From positions 1 through 28,937 of the forward strand of contig CAXHJY010001523.1 in the NCBI GenBank assembly GCA_964016885.1: DNA of 28,937 bases, given 5' to 3'. This document shows positions 1 to 12,843 of this stretch, piece after piece (positions within the stretch are counted from its first letter, which is position 1; every line of letters begins with the position of its first letter). The notes below the pieces were generated by a model. It worked only from the letters and a program-made list of their open reading frames with translations. It was not told the origin of the DNA and did no database searches. The DNA comes from Eledone cirrhosa (taxonomy: Eukaryota). The translations under genes were made by a program, and so were the position numbers.

Positions 1-30
1 CTACTGGCCTTGTGCCTAACGTAGAAACAA
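1..30 (+). mobile_element. 3' tail of SINE family 1, cut by the window edge
   Basis: CTGGCCTTGTGCCTAA..AGAAAC matches the 3' ends of the copies at about 23243-23267 and 22976-23000. Confidence 0.6.
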
Positions 31-48
31 TTATATCAACATGGAGTG

Positions 49-83
<35 letters not shown>

Positions 84-110
84 ATATATGTATGTGTGTG
101 TGTATATATA

Positions 111-153
<43 letters not shown>

Positions 154-157
154 ATAT

Positions 158-334
158 TTGGGGAGGGTCATATTTGCGTAATATTGCCAGAATAATAACA
201 GAACACACTCACTGTTTGGTGGTTTTCGCTTCTCGCTGTCTTTTATATATACATATCTGCGATCTAACTTACTCGGTCCTCAATGTTGCCATTGACTGAC
301 CGCGGTCAAAAATAATACAGATACAATATAGACA
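158..334 (-). repeat. Decayed family E element terminus next to (TA)n
   Basis: TTGGGGAGGGTCAT..GCCAGAA resembles TTGGGAGGGTCATGCAGCCAAAA at 12271-12293; both abut (TA)n; only a weak TTGAGGA remnant of an HHR core on the minus strand. Confidence 0.35.
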
Positions 335-539
335 AACACATATATAATAGTTTACATAATTTACATAAATCTTTCGTTGCACATCTGCAACATCGTCAGT
401 GGTGTTATATTCATTGTTCCTCCTGTTGTGTTGTATGTCTACGCCATTTTTTTTTGTTCAGTCTGTCTATATATTTATTTATTTATTTGCTTGTTTGTTT
501 ATCTTATTTTATTTTGTCTTCTCTGCGCATGCGTTTGCG

Positions 540-596
<57 letters not shown>

Positions 597-656
597 CCCG
601 AAGATGTTTTTGTTAAAATTATATCCTGTTATGCTTTAGAATATGAAGAGATTGTC

Positions 657-2027
657 ACCACTACCAACAACACCACCACCGCCACCACTACCAACAACAC
701 CACCACCGCCACCACTACCAACACACCACCACCGCCACCACTACCAACAACACCACCACCGCCACCACTACCAACAACAACACCGCCACCACTACCAACA
801 ACACCACCGCCACCACTACCAACAACACCACCGCCACCACTACCAACACCACCACCGCCACCACTACCAACAACACCACCGCCACCACTACCAACACCAC
901 CACCGCCACCACTACCACAATAACAACACCGCCACCACTACCAACAACACCACCGCCACCACTACCAACAACAACAACACCGCCACCACTACCAACACAC
1001 CACCGCCACCACTACCAACAACACCACCACCACCACCACTACCAACAACAACACCGCCACCACTACCAACAACACCACCGCCACCACTACCAACAACACC
1101 ACCGCCACCACTACCAACACCACCACCGCCACCACTACCAACAATAACAACACCGCCACCCAACAACACCACCGCCAACCACAACCAACAACAACAACAC
1201 CGCCACCACTACCAACAACACCACCGCCACACTACCACAACACCACCGCCGCCACCACTACCAACAACAACAACACCGCCACCACTACCAACAACACCGC
1301 CACCACTACCAACAACACCACCACCGCCACCACTACCAACAACAACAACACCGCCACCACCACTACCACAACACCACCGCCACCACTACCAACAACACCA
1401 CCACCGCCACCACTACCAACAACAACACCGCCACCACTACCAACAACACCACCGCCACCACTACCAACAACACCACCACCGCCACACTACCAACAACAAC
1501 AACACCGCCACCACTACCAACAACACCACACCGCCACCACTACCAACAACAACACCACCGCCACCACTACCAACAACAACACCACCGCCACCACTACCAA
1601 CAACAACACCACCGCCACCACTACCAACAACACCACCACCGCCACCACTACCAACAACACCACCACCGCCACCACTACCAACAACACCACCACCGCCACC
1701 ACTACCAACAACAACAACACCGCCACCACTACCAACAACACCACCACCCGCTACCACTACCAACAACAACAACACCGCCACCACTACCAACAACAACACC
1801 GCCACCACTACCAACAACACCACCGCCACCACTACCAACAACACCACCACCGCCACCACTACCAACAACAACAACACCGCCACCACTACCAACAACACAC
1901 CACCGCCACCACTACCAACAACACCACCACCGCCACCACTACCAACAACAACAACACCGCCACCACTACCAACAACACCACCACCGCCACCACTACCAAC
2001 AAACATCAACACCGCCACCACTACCAA
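657..2027. repeat. Compound trinucleotide minisatellite, unit about 21-27 bp (CAACACCACCGCCACCACTAC)
   Basis: Dozens of tandem copies built from CAA/CAC/CGC/TAC triplets with occasional 1-nt indels. Confidence 0.95.
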
Positions 2028-2068
2028 CATTATAACTCCCCACTATCAACATTAGCAACATTATCACA

Positions 2069-2709
2069 ACCACCACCACTATCACCACCACTATCACCAC
2101 CACCATCACTACCACCATCACCACTATCACCACCATCACCACCACCATCACTACCACCATCACCACTATCACCACCACCACTATCACCACCACCATCACT
2201 ACCACCATCACCACTATCACCACCACCATCACCACCAGAATCACCACCACCATCACCACCACCACCACCACCATCACCACCATCACCACCACCACCACCA
2301 CCACCATCACCACCACCATCACCACCACCACCACCACCATCACCACCACCACCACCACCACCACCACCATCACCACCACCCATCACCACCATCACCACCA
2401 CCACCACCACCATCACCACCACCATCACCACCATCACCACCACCACCACCACCACCATCACCACCACCATCACCACCACCACCACCACCACCACCACCAC
2501 CACCACCACCATCACCACCACCATCACCACCACCACCATCACCACCATCACCACCACCACCACCACCACCATCACCACCACCACCACCACCATCACCACC
2601 ACCATCACCACCATCACCACCACCATCACCACCATCACCACCACCATCACCACCACCATCACCACCACCACCACCACCATCACCACCACCACCACCACCA
2701 CCATCACCA
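2069..2709. repeat. (CAC)n microsatellite interrupted by CAT
   Basis: Direct reading. Confidence 0.95.
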
Positions 2710-3058
2710 CATCCATTAGTATCTCTTAACAAACGCCATAAGTAAAGAGTTGAAAATATCGACTTTAGCTTCTGAGAGTCAATTAAAGTCATTTGAAACT
2801 ATGTTCAATAGATACATGTCTTCTTCTTTCTCTTCCTCGTCTTTGTCTTCTTCTTCTTCTTCGCCTTGTTTTTGTTGTTGTTGTTGTTCTTCTTCTTCTT
2901 CTTTGCCCCCCCCCCCCCCGTTTTTGTTTCGTTCCATTCGATTCATTGTTTCATTTTCTGTCATTGATTCAACCGAAAATATAAACAAATAAATAAATAA
3001 GAAATAATTAAATGAAACAAATATAATTAAATAAATATATAAATTGTATGACTATGTC

Positions 3059-3169
3059 GAAATAACCTCGTAGATAACAGCATATATATATATATGTGAA
3101 ATAACCTCGTAGATAACAGCATATATATATATGTGAAATAACCTCGGAGATAACAGCATATATATATGT
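3059..3169. repeat. Three-copy tandem repeat (39/37/35 bp)
   Basis: GAAATAACCTCG(T/G)AGATAACAGC(AT)nGT starts at 3059, 3098 and 3135. Confidence 0.9.
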
Positions 3170-3295
3170 GGGGGGGGGGGGGGGAGAGTACGTTCATGTT
3201 TTGGATCCTTAATCACCGATGGAGTCATGAGGGCGGTTGTGTATCCATTTTTAGAGAGAGAGGAGGAAGTCAGAAAGAGATCTAGAGGAAGAATC

Positions 3296-3400
3296 TCCAC
3301 TGGACTGGTTATTTTTTATCGGCCCCAAAGGATGAAAGGCAAAGTTGACCTCGGCGGGAATTGAACAAGAATGCTGGAACGAATAGCAAAGTATTCTGTC
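3296..3400 (-). mobile_element. SINE family 1 fragment
   Basis: GGATGAAAGGCAAAGTTGACCTCGGCGGGAATTGAAC is the reverse complement of the family core. Confidence 0.8.
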
Positions 3401-3597
3401 AGAATCTCAACTGGAAATTCGTCCCCACTTCTCTCTCTCTCCACCTTCTCTCTCTATATATATGTATTAGTATGTGCGTGTGTGCATATGTATGTATGCA
3501 TGAATACATACATAGGTACACAAATAATTCAAAAACCTGAGGCACAAGCGATAAAATCTTAACTCTATCCCTTCATCCGATTAATCACACACACACA

Positions 3598-3659
<62 letters not shown>

Positions 3660-4070
3660 CACACTCTCTATCACACATGCATTAACACTCACACATATCT
3701 ACACAGTATAAAACATAAAGTTATAAAGCTCAGTCGAAGGCTTGAGGCATCGATGATTAAAATCTTAAATCTTAAATTCTTATATCTTAAATCTTATACT
3801 CCATCCCACCATCCACCCCACCATCCATCCCACCATTCACCCCACCATCCACCCCCAGCATTCACCTCACCATCCATCTAACCAACACGTCAATAGCTTT
3901 ATTTCCATCAGTCATTCTCTCAGGTTTACGTCATTGAACTACAGAAAACTTGTTAATTTATTTTCACACAGTTCAGATTCTATAAAGTAGAAACTTTTCC
4001 AGCTTGGTGACACTTCCATACTTCTTGCTGCTTGTTATCTTGTTTTGGTAATGTCACCAACGAGGTTGTG

Positions 4071-4200
4071 AAATGACAGAGTCGGTAGAACGTTTCGTCG
4101 TATTCCTGCTCCCTGCCATCTCTCAGTTCAAATCCTGCTGAGGTCAACTTTGCCTTTCATCCTTTCGAGGTCGATAAAACAAAGTACCAGTCCTCTACTG
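4071..4200 (+). mobile_element. SINE family 1
   Basis: B-box-like AGTTCAAATCC followed by GAGGTCAACTTTGCCTTTCATCCTTTCGAGGTCGATAAAA..AAGTACCAG. Confidence 0.85.
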
Positions 4201-4449
4201 GGGGGGGGGGGGGGGGGGCGATTCTTCCTTTATATCTCTATTACAATTCTTCATTAACTTTCCTTCTCCAGAAGAAATTGGCTGCTGTGCCAGGTTTAAA
4301 TTGTCCCAGACACGCCATACACCACGAGGACGACACCCAATGTACATAGTTTATTGTTTAACTCAAGAGAAGCCACGTCTCAGTAGGTATTTAATCATGT
4401 TATTTAAGTCATCACTGCTTCTATTCAGACACATTGTATCTAGTCTCTC

Positions 4450-4545
4450 AGTGCTCTGAGTTCAAATCCCACCGAGGTCAAATTTGATTTTCATCCTTTC
4501 GAGGTGGATAAAACATTATTATTACTCCAGTACTGGAGTCAATTG
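4450..4545 (+). mobile_element. SINE family 1 fragment
   Basis: CTGAGTTCAAATCCCACCGAGGTCAA..TTTCATCCTTTCGAGGT. Confidence 0.8.
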
Positions 4546-4615
4546 TTCCTCTATATCTCACTTCCCCACACTTTCTACAGTTCTGGTCATGTAGAAGCCA
4601 TATACATATACACAC

Positions 4616-4652
<37 letters not shown>

Positions 4653-5067
4653 GTATGTATATGTAAGCATATATGTTTGGGTTATCTTAAACCTAGAAAC
4701 GAAGTAATATTATACGCTCGGCTTGCTTCTTTCTTAAATCTAGAAATTGCAACACGGGAGGTCGACTGAAAATCTTATGAAAGGCTCAAACGTTCGAATC
4801 TCTTTCACCTCTAACCTCGAAATCTGCAGCTAAATTCTTTGATCTATCTGTTAACCATTTTAAAGAAAAGTCTTCAGGTAGCAGAGATCAGTTTCGTAAA
4901 CAGTAATTTCCAACCACTTTCTGAATTTCTAATATTAAATACAAAAGCCCCAAATCTCTTCCACATCTCATACATTCGTTTCATTTTTGTTTCATATGGG
5001 CATAAATATTAGAAGATAAAATTATACACGCACGCACGAACACGCTCACCCACACATACACATAGAT

Positions 5068-5098
<31 letters not shown>

Positions 5099-5603
5099 TA
5101 TATAAATATATACATATATTTATAGTATCATGACGTAGCAATAGCACCAGAGAAATGCGTATTACGGCTAACGGGACTCCTCTCTCATTCCTCCTTCACA
5201 TACACCTCTCTCTCTATTACATACACACACGCACACACATATATATATATACTCTTTCTCCCCCTCTTTCATACACATATACACCTCTCTCCCTCCCCAT
5301 TTCACACACACACCTATCCTTCCTACACCCCCCCTCCTTCTTCACACACACACCTCCCTTCCTCCTTCACTCATACACTCCCTTTCTTTCTCTAAAATCT
5401 TCCTTGCTCCCCTTATATATATTCCCTATTTACCCCCCCCCCCCCCACGTATCCATCGTTGCAGAAAAGAAGGCAAAATCTTCGAAATAGAATGTGAAGG
5501 CCAGAAGTTAGTAATACAGAATTATTCAGGGTTGACTGATCTAGGTTTTAAATTATTGCATTTAGACGTCAGTGAATCGCTGAGCAATAAAGTCGAGCAG
5601 ATA

Positions 5604-5604
<1 letters not shown>

Positions 5605-5650
<46 letters not shown>

Positions 5651-6385
5651 AGACACAGACACACACACACACACACACAGACACAGACACAGACACACAC
5701 ACACACACACACAGCCACATACATACAACAGCTTACATGTTTACATAGACACAGCCACATACATACAACAGCTTACATGTTTACATAGACACACACACAC
5801 ACACACACATAGACACATACATACAACAGCTTACATGTTTACATAGACACAGACACACATACATACAACAGCTTACATGTTTACAGACACACACACATAG
5901 AACATCACCATGCTTGTTCACAAAGAGGTACGTACACAGACACACACTGACGCACATACACAGACACACACAGAGGTACGTACACAGACACACACAGAGG
6001 TAGGTACACACACACACACACACAGACGTACGTACACAGACACACTGACGCACACTGACACTACACAGAAACACACAGACATACGTACACAGACACACAC
6101 TGACACTACACAGGCACACAGACGCACGTACACAGACATACACAGCCACACACTGACACTACATACACACACACTGATACTACACAGACACACACACAGA
6201 CATACGTACACAGACACACTGACACACACACAGACACACACTGACACTACACAGACACACACACACACACACACACACAGACATACGTACACAGACACAC
6301 TGACACACACACAGACATACGTACACAGACACACACTGACACTACACAGACACACACACTCTACACACACTGACACTACACAGTA
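5605..6385. repeat. (CA)n-derived compound satellite, including four copies of a roughly 40-bp unit at 5712-5890
   Basis: CATACATACAACAGCTTACATGTTTACA repeats, followed by CGTACACAGACAC/CTGACACTACAC units. Confidence 0.9.
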
Positions 6386-6950
6386 CATGTAGGCATAAGT
6401 CTTAACATATCAATGAACTCAGAAGTTTGCCTCTGTCTTCATTGCAACAGAATTACAAAATATTTTCATTTATTTTCTCGTATTTCACTTGGAAATATTG
6501 TGTTGATCAAAGATCCACACTCATATAGACATACACTGTTACAAAGTACACACACACACATACATACACGCACACACACACATACATACATACATACATA
6601 CATACATATCTCTGCTTATATACATACTTTTGCTCATTCCATTAATATTTATTGCGTTCAAATATATCCGAGAGTGTGCAACAATATTATAATATACCTA
6701 TATGTGTGTGTAATGAATTTTAAAACATTTTCTAAGTAAACATATATATGTACGTACACACATACAGATAAACACTTACACAGGCAGATACACACACATT
6801 TACATAAAAATAACAGATGTCTGTACATGGCTCGATGCAACATTTAAATGAAAATTGCAAAAGTCAAATAAGAATGAAATTATTTCAAGTAAAAAGAAAC
6901 GTTATGAAGTAGAGATGAGGCTAATAATTTCCATGTTATGCTTCAACACA

Positions 6951-7290
<340 letters not shown>

Positions 7291-7313
7291 TATATATATA
7301 TATATATATATAT

Positions 7314-7348
<35 letters not shown>

Positions 7349-7379
7349 GAATTCATATAAATACTGCCCTCGAGCATAG

Positions 7380-7440
<61 letters not shown>

Positions 7441-7442
<2 letters not shown>

Positions 7443-7530
7443 GAAGTGGTTACACAACACTTCTACCTAACTCGTCCCATGGACTGAGTGCTCTACCACT
7501 ACGGATATTACCTTCCAGTGTTCTACCACT
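7441..7530 (+). mobile_element. Family D element with its internal palindrome deleted
   Basis: 7458-7530 matches 11009-11081 with 1 mismatch; it lacks the 61 bp corresponding to 10950-11010. Confidence 0.85.
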
Positions 7531-7660
7531 ATATATATAAATGAGAGAGAGAGATTAAATGTATTATCTATCTATCCCTTTATATGGGTGTATGTACAGG
7601 TATTCATTTAAGGGCGTACAAAATTCAGTTCTGTGTATCATGAACACACACACACACACA

Positions 7661-7741
<81 letters not shown>

Positions 7742-8078
7742 ACATATATATATACACACACACTCACACACACATGCATATAAATATAGTGCAGGACCAA
7801 CTATAGGCAAGAACATAAATAGCAATTAAAATGCACGGGAAACAACGATGAATGTGCTTAGAAGAAGACATCGAGAGTGCAATGACGTTTCGGTCATTAG
7901 CTTTTCACCAGAATATATATATATATATATAAATATATATATATAAATATATATAGTTGAATGCGATGAAACATTCAAATGAAAGTTTCAAGAGTCGAAA
8001 AAGGAAACAAAACCATCTCATGTGTAAAACAGTGTTTTATGAAATAGAAAAAACCGTCAGCAATTTTGATGTTACATT

Positions 8079-8140
<62 letters not shown>

Positions 8141-8150
8141 AGGAAGCAAG

Positions 8151-8254
8151 TGTGGTAAGGCACCAGAGTATTCAATACTTAGGGTAGTAGAGTGGGTAAT
8201 AGGAAAATGTTCAAGACCCCGACGGCAGAGCTCGGACCGTTTCGACGGCTATTT
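8151..8254 (-). mobile_element. Family B element, single arm plus tail
   Basis: Reverse-complement match to about 7167-7280 (CTTAGGGTAGTAGAGTGGG..GACCCCGACGGCAGAGCTC..CCGTTTCGACGGCTATTT). Confidence 0.8.
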
Positions 8255-8320
8255 AAGATGCTTCCATAGGCGGTATGCCAGTTGAGCACACTATGCTCTT
8301 ACAGAGCAGAGTATGATATA

Positions 8321-8609
8321 ATATAAAACGAAAAATCAGTGATGTAGCTGAACTCAATTTATTGTGTGTTACAATCGTTTCGCCGGCGGACAGCTCGAGA
8401 CACGATCATTGTGTGGATCTGTCTAATGATTTCGGTATATTCTCTCATGAGAGAATATGCTCCGAAATCATTAGACGTGTCCGTCGAACCTGCGGGTCCA
8501 GAATCAGACAGATCCACACAATGATCGCGTCTCAAACTGTCCGCCGGCGAAACAATTGTAACACACAATAAATTGAGTTTAGATGCATCACTGATTTTTC
8601 GTTTTATAT
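8321..8609. mobile_element. Family C fold-back palindrome, Penelope pseudo-LTR-like, with decayed HHR
   Basis: Spacerless centre TCTCTCA|TGAGAGA at 8447/8448; right arm has about 33 extra nt; GAAA-CAATTG-TA-ACAC then AATAAA at 8549-8572. Confidence 0.8.
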
Positions 8610-9289
8610 ATTATATATATATATAGAGATGCATAATTTCATACAAAATGACACACACAATATAAATATATATGTGTGTGTGTGTGTATAGACACATTAT
8701 ATATAGAAACCCATCCACATGACCGTTTCTATTCTTATGTATTAACCGAACTCTTAAATATATTTTCATATCTATATTTCTTCTAACAAATGAATAAATA
8801 GAATGCACCACATAAATACATTTTGTTCACATAAATCCCTTTCAGCGCATGAAATATATGTATATATGTATATTTATATATTGCATTAATATAAACACTC
8901 TCATACAATCACATATATAAAATCTGTTTACGCATTCAAAATATTTGTTTCCTATCAATGACAGCTGAGTTTCATTGTTCATTGAAGTGGACAGACTGTA
9001 TATGTGCTTAAATATGAATAGGCTGCTTTACCCAAACATTCACGCGCAGCAAATCTATAGCAAAACTTATCGCCGGTTCTGACTGCCTGTATTCAGTTGC
9101 GTTCAAATGCGTGACAATGTTGAAAGGTTGTCATCTAGGTAGGTTAACATGGGGAGTGTTATTGTCACATATGTCTGGGATTTTTTTACATTTTTGATTA
9201 GTTTCATTTCCAAGTCATCTTATACTAAAACCTCCATGCTTTTGTTATCAGAATTCCTCTGTTTGTTTGCTTTACGCTAACGTGTTTGG

Positions 9290-9385
9290 ATAAATATATT
9301 GCAGTAATTGTTCAGGGTTTGTTTGCTCTGATTTCAAGTCCCGCTGAGGGTAACATTGGCTTTCTTCCTTTCAGGGGTTGACGAA
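9290..9385 (+). mobile_element. Decayed SINE family 1
   Basis: CTGATTTCAAGTCCCGCTGAGGGTAACATTGGCTTTCTTCCTTTC. Confidence 0.6.
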
Positions 9386-9605
9386 AACACTGTTGATGCA
9401 TGATAGTCTGTTGCAGGAATTATTAGAGAATTGGTACTGGTTCTGTCGTTATTTGTTCTGAGTTCAAATAACGCCTCCTCTCATCGAATGACACACACAA
9501 CACCTATTATGGGATGAAAACTCTGAGAAGGCTGCCGAAACCTGCAAAGGTGTAAGTTGTACCAATAACGGCCGTCCTCGCGTGATGATTTAATATTAAA
9601 ATTAT

Positions 9606-9722
9606 TGGCAGAGTTGCTAGAACGTCGGGTAGAATGCATTGCGGTATTTGTCCCGGCTCTCTGCTTTCTAAGTTCAAATCTCACCGAGGTCAACTTTGCC
9701 ATTCATCCTTTCAAGGTCGACA
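9606..9722 (+). mobile_element. SINE family 1, 3' truncated
   Basis: A-box-like TGGCAGAGTTG, B-box-like AGTTCAAATC, core GAGGTCAACTTTGCC.TTCATCCTTTC. Confidence 0.85.
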
Positions 9723-10074
9723 GATTCTTCCCCTATATTTATTTCTCACTCTTTTCTCTGGAAGAAATCTGTTGTATTCAGAGCTGGAGAGGAGATCGGC
9801 ACCGCCAGGTTTTCAAAAAGCCCAAGTTGTATGTCACTACTGTGCCACTCATATAGAGTTACTGGTCGATACTGATATTATATTAGAACTCCGCTTTTTA
9901 GTCCTCGTTTTAGATTTCGTTTAGTTAAACTACCGCCCTTCTTCTTGTGTCAAGTTAAATGTATATATATGTTTATATGTATATATATTTATATATATAT
10001 ATATATATATATACATATACACACACTGTATATATATATATAGATATATATGTACATATATGCGTACACACATA

Positions 10075-10124
<50 letters not shown>

Positions 10125-10933
10125 ACAAATGTGACGCGATGTAACGGAAGCCAGCATAATGTGGGACTCAGCCAAATAAAAAATAGAGAATACAATACAT
10201 GTAGGACACTGGAAAATGAAATCCAGACAAAATGTCCAACTATGCATACACTGTTAATTACTGATGTGTATGTACGTGTATATATATGTGTGTATATGTA
10301 CTGTATATATGTACATATATGTATGTATGTATATAGGTATGTATGTATAAATGAATATATTCAAGAACAGGGTATATATTTATGAGTGTATATGTGTCTG
10401 ACATACGTGTTTATAACTTATTGCATGAATGTATATATATGTGCGTGTAGATAGCTATGCATTTTTATTTACACAATTACTATGCTCTGTTAATATGTGT
10501 GTGTGTATGTATATATATATCTCTCTCTCTATATATATATATAAAAGCCATTCAATGAACATTATGATATACCTATTCAGAAAACTATGTAATTGTATCT
10601 CAGATATAATTGTTATTAGATGTACAACATAATCTCGGATCCTTTTATTCATCATATAATTATCACGAAGCTTCTAGAATTATCTTTCATTACGATATTT
10701 CAAAGAAAATTACTTCCATATTTTATAGATGTAATTTGCCAAGATGTAATTTTCTATAGAGTAACATTTTTTATTCTCCTTATCTATTTATAACATGTGT
10801 AAACAAACACAGCAACCCTCAAAATCTAAAGTCCTTATATATATAATGTGTGTGTGTGTGTGTGTATATATATATAGATAGATATATAGATATATATGTA
10901 CGTACATACATACATACATATATATATATATGT

Positions 10934-11081
10934 AAGTGGTTACACAACAGTTAGTTCACCATACTGAGAACAATTGTTCTCGGTATGGTGAACTAACTGT
11001 TGTGTAACCACTTCTACCTAACTCGTCCCAGGGACTGAGTGCTCTACCACTACGGATATTACCTTCCAGTGTTCTACCACT
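10934..11081 (+). mobile_element. Family D element: 80-bp spacerless palindrome plus tail
   Basis: 40-bp arms 10934-10973 and 10974-11013 with 1 mismatch, centre CAA|TTG; (TA)n on both sides. Confidence 0.85.
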
Positions 11082-11104
11082 ATATATATATATATATATA
11101 TATA

Positions 11105-11275
11105 GGCACCAGTGTTGTGTCGGGGGAAACCACAGTTAAGTAAGTACTCAATATGTTGCCATAATATATACATCTTTATTATATACAGAAGTAACTTATA
11201 CAGGACTAGAACTGTTTCATTCCTGATAATTTCATACGAATGAAACAGTTTTAGTCCCAGAGAAGTCATTTCTGT
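11105..11275. mobile_element. Family A fold-back element, tail on the left
   Basis: Arms GGACTAGAACTGTTTCATTC / GAATGAAACAGTTTTAGTCC; mutated core CTGATAA at 11223-11229; tail homologous (inverted) to 19397-19460. Confidence 0.8.
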
Positions 11276-11489
11276 GATCGTTTATAATATATGTGTGTGT
11301 ATGTTTGTGTGTATGTGTCTGTGTGTGTATATATATATGTGTGCGTGTGTGTGCACGGAGAACCATCTAAATATAAGCACAAACATACCAGTATTTATGA
11401 AAGCTCGTCATTAAATTAAACACTTGACTTAACGCAAACGAAAATAATATTCCTCATACTAATACACAAGCGTATTTTTACAAACATTT

Positions 11490-11589
<100 letters not shown>

Positions 11590-12045
11590 ATACGTGTGTG
11601 TGTGTAAATATATATGGGTATATAATTATATCTATCTGTATATATATATATAAACACACATATATATATATACGTACACTACGAACAGTTGCTGATTTAT
11701 AAAAATGCTGTGGCGTGTAGACACCGCTATAGTCCTGTCTTAATACTGCCAGTATTTGATATAAAGAAAATATGTACAACTCGATAAAGAGGAACGGAAA
11801 TTGGTGAAGAAGGAATGGTAAATAAGGAAGAATTATATGTAAAAGATATTTATGTGTGAAGATAGGAGAAGGAACGCCATTGTCGAAGAGTGAAGTTATT
11901 TTGAAGAAAGGAGACGATCGTATAAACATGACAAAACATTTAACGCAAACTGAAATGTGAATGTTGTAAGACACACAATCACAGGCATACTGACACACAG
12001 ACGTGCACACACACACATATATATATATGAATCTTTATCTCTGTG

Positions 12046-12132
12046 TATATTAAGATGGCCCTTAGCAATAGGTCATTTTTTGAAAGTTGCTAAACTTTTA
12101 GAAAGTTGAAAAATAAGGGCCACCCTATTGTA
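12046..12132. mobile_element. Possible short MITE
   Basis: Imperfect 19-bp terminal inverted repeats (TATATTAAGATGGCCCTTA / TAAGGGCCACCCTATTGTA) ending in TA. Confidence 0.35.
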
Positions 12133-12154
12133 TACACACACACACATATATGTG

Positions 12155-12212
12155 TCTGGAACTAGCTTTTAAAACGGCAAGTGCTCAGCCGTCGGGTCCA
12201 TACTCGTTATAA
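12155..12212 (+). mobile_element. Decayed family B arm
   Basis: AAACGGCAAGTGCTCAGCCGTCGGGTCCATACTCGTT resembles 17485-17521. Confidence 0.65.
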
Positions 12213-12373
12213 TACATATATTATACTGTATATATATATATATATATATATATTATACTGTATATATACTTTGGGAGGGTCATGCAGCCAAAAATACATG
12301 CACCTGTTGGTTTTCATTTCAATTTATCATAAATTTCCGGTTGGTTCAATAACTAGATGGTTGTTTATTTATT

Positions 12374-12416
12374 GTCAAAGCTCTTTCGTTACACATTCTG
12401 TGACTTCCTCAGTGAC
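12374..12416 (-). ncRNA. Minimal type I hammerhead-like motif (family E, element about 12270-12460)
   Basis: Minus strand GTCA-CTGAGGA-AGTCACAGAATGTGTAAC-GAAA-GAGC-TT-TGAC-AATAAA. Confidence 0.6.
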
Positions 12417-12462
12417 TGATTTGTTATTTTGTGACTCTCCTTTGTTCTGTCCTACACCATCT

Positions 12463-12542
<80 letters not shown>

Positions 12543-12699
12543 GGAGGTGAGTTTTATTGTAGTACAATAAAGCAATGCAGATATCGGATAAGAAGCACTC
12601 TACAGTTTGTAGGACTGTTGATTTGTAGGACTGTAGATATGTTGATTTAAAACTGCACTATCCACAAGTGTTTTTTAGCCTTCATATCATGTTCTCCTG

Positions 12700-12766
12700 T
12701 TTTATCTGATGAAAACACAAATATTATTGCATGATGATGTTTGTTTTTGAAATGCGCATAATAAAA
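12700..12766 (+). ncRNA. Type I hammerhead ribozyme motif, apparently complete (family F)
   Basis: Helix I TTTTAT/ATAAAA; CTGATGA at 12706-12712; helix II 12713-12724/12737-12748; GAAA at 12749-12752; palindromic ATGCGCAT; predicted cut after A12760. Confidence 0.75.
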
Positions 12767-12798
12767 TACATGGAACTCCTTTAACCATCTTTTGATCT

Positions 12799-12843
<45 letters not shown>

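Noticed and set aside
643-2792. Long Pro/Thr/His and Gly/Val ORFs on both strands
   Set aside because: They are translations of stop-free trinucleotide satellites and switch frame repeatedly
4200-4217. G homopolymers (also 3170-3184) as G-quadruplex elements
   Set aside because: Simple homopolymers of uncertain length with no supporting context
4744-4880. Possible plus-strand exon after a pyrimidine tract and AG
   Set aside because: All three frames contain stops before the nearest plausible donor
5522-6739. CV/TH/YI-rich ORFs here and throughout the window
   Set aside because: Dinucleotide-repeat artefacts
9660-9690. tRNA genes suggested by GTTCAAATC motifs
   Set aside because: These are SINE B-box remnants and no cloverleaf forms
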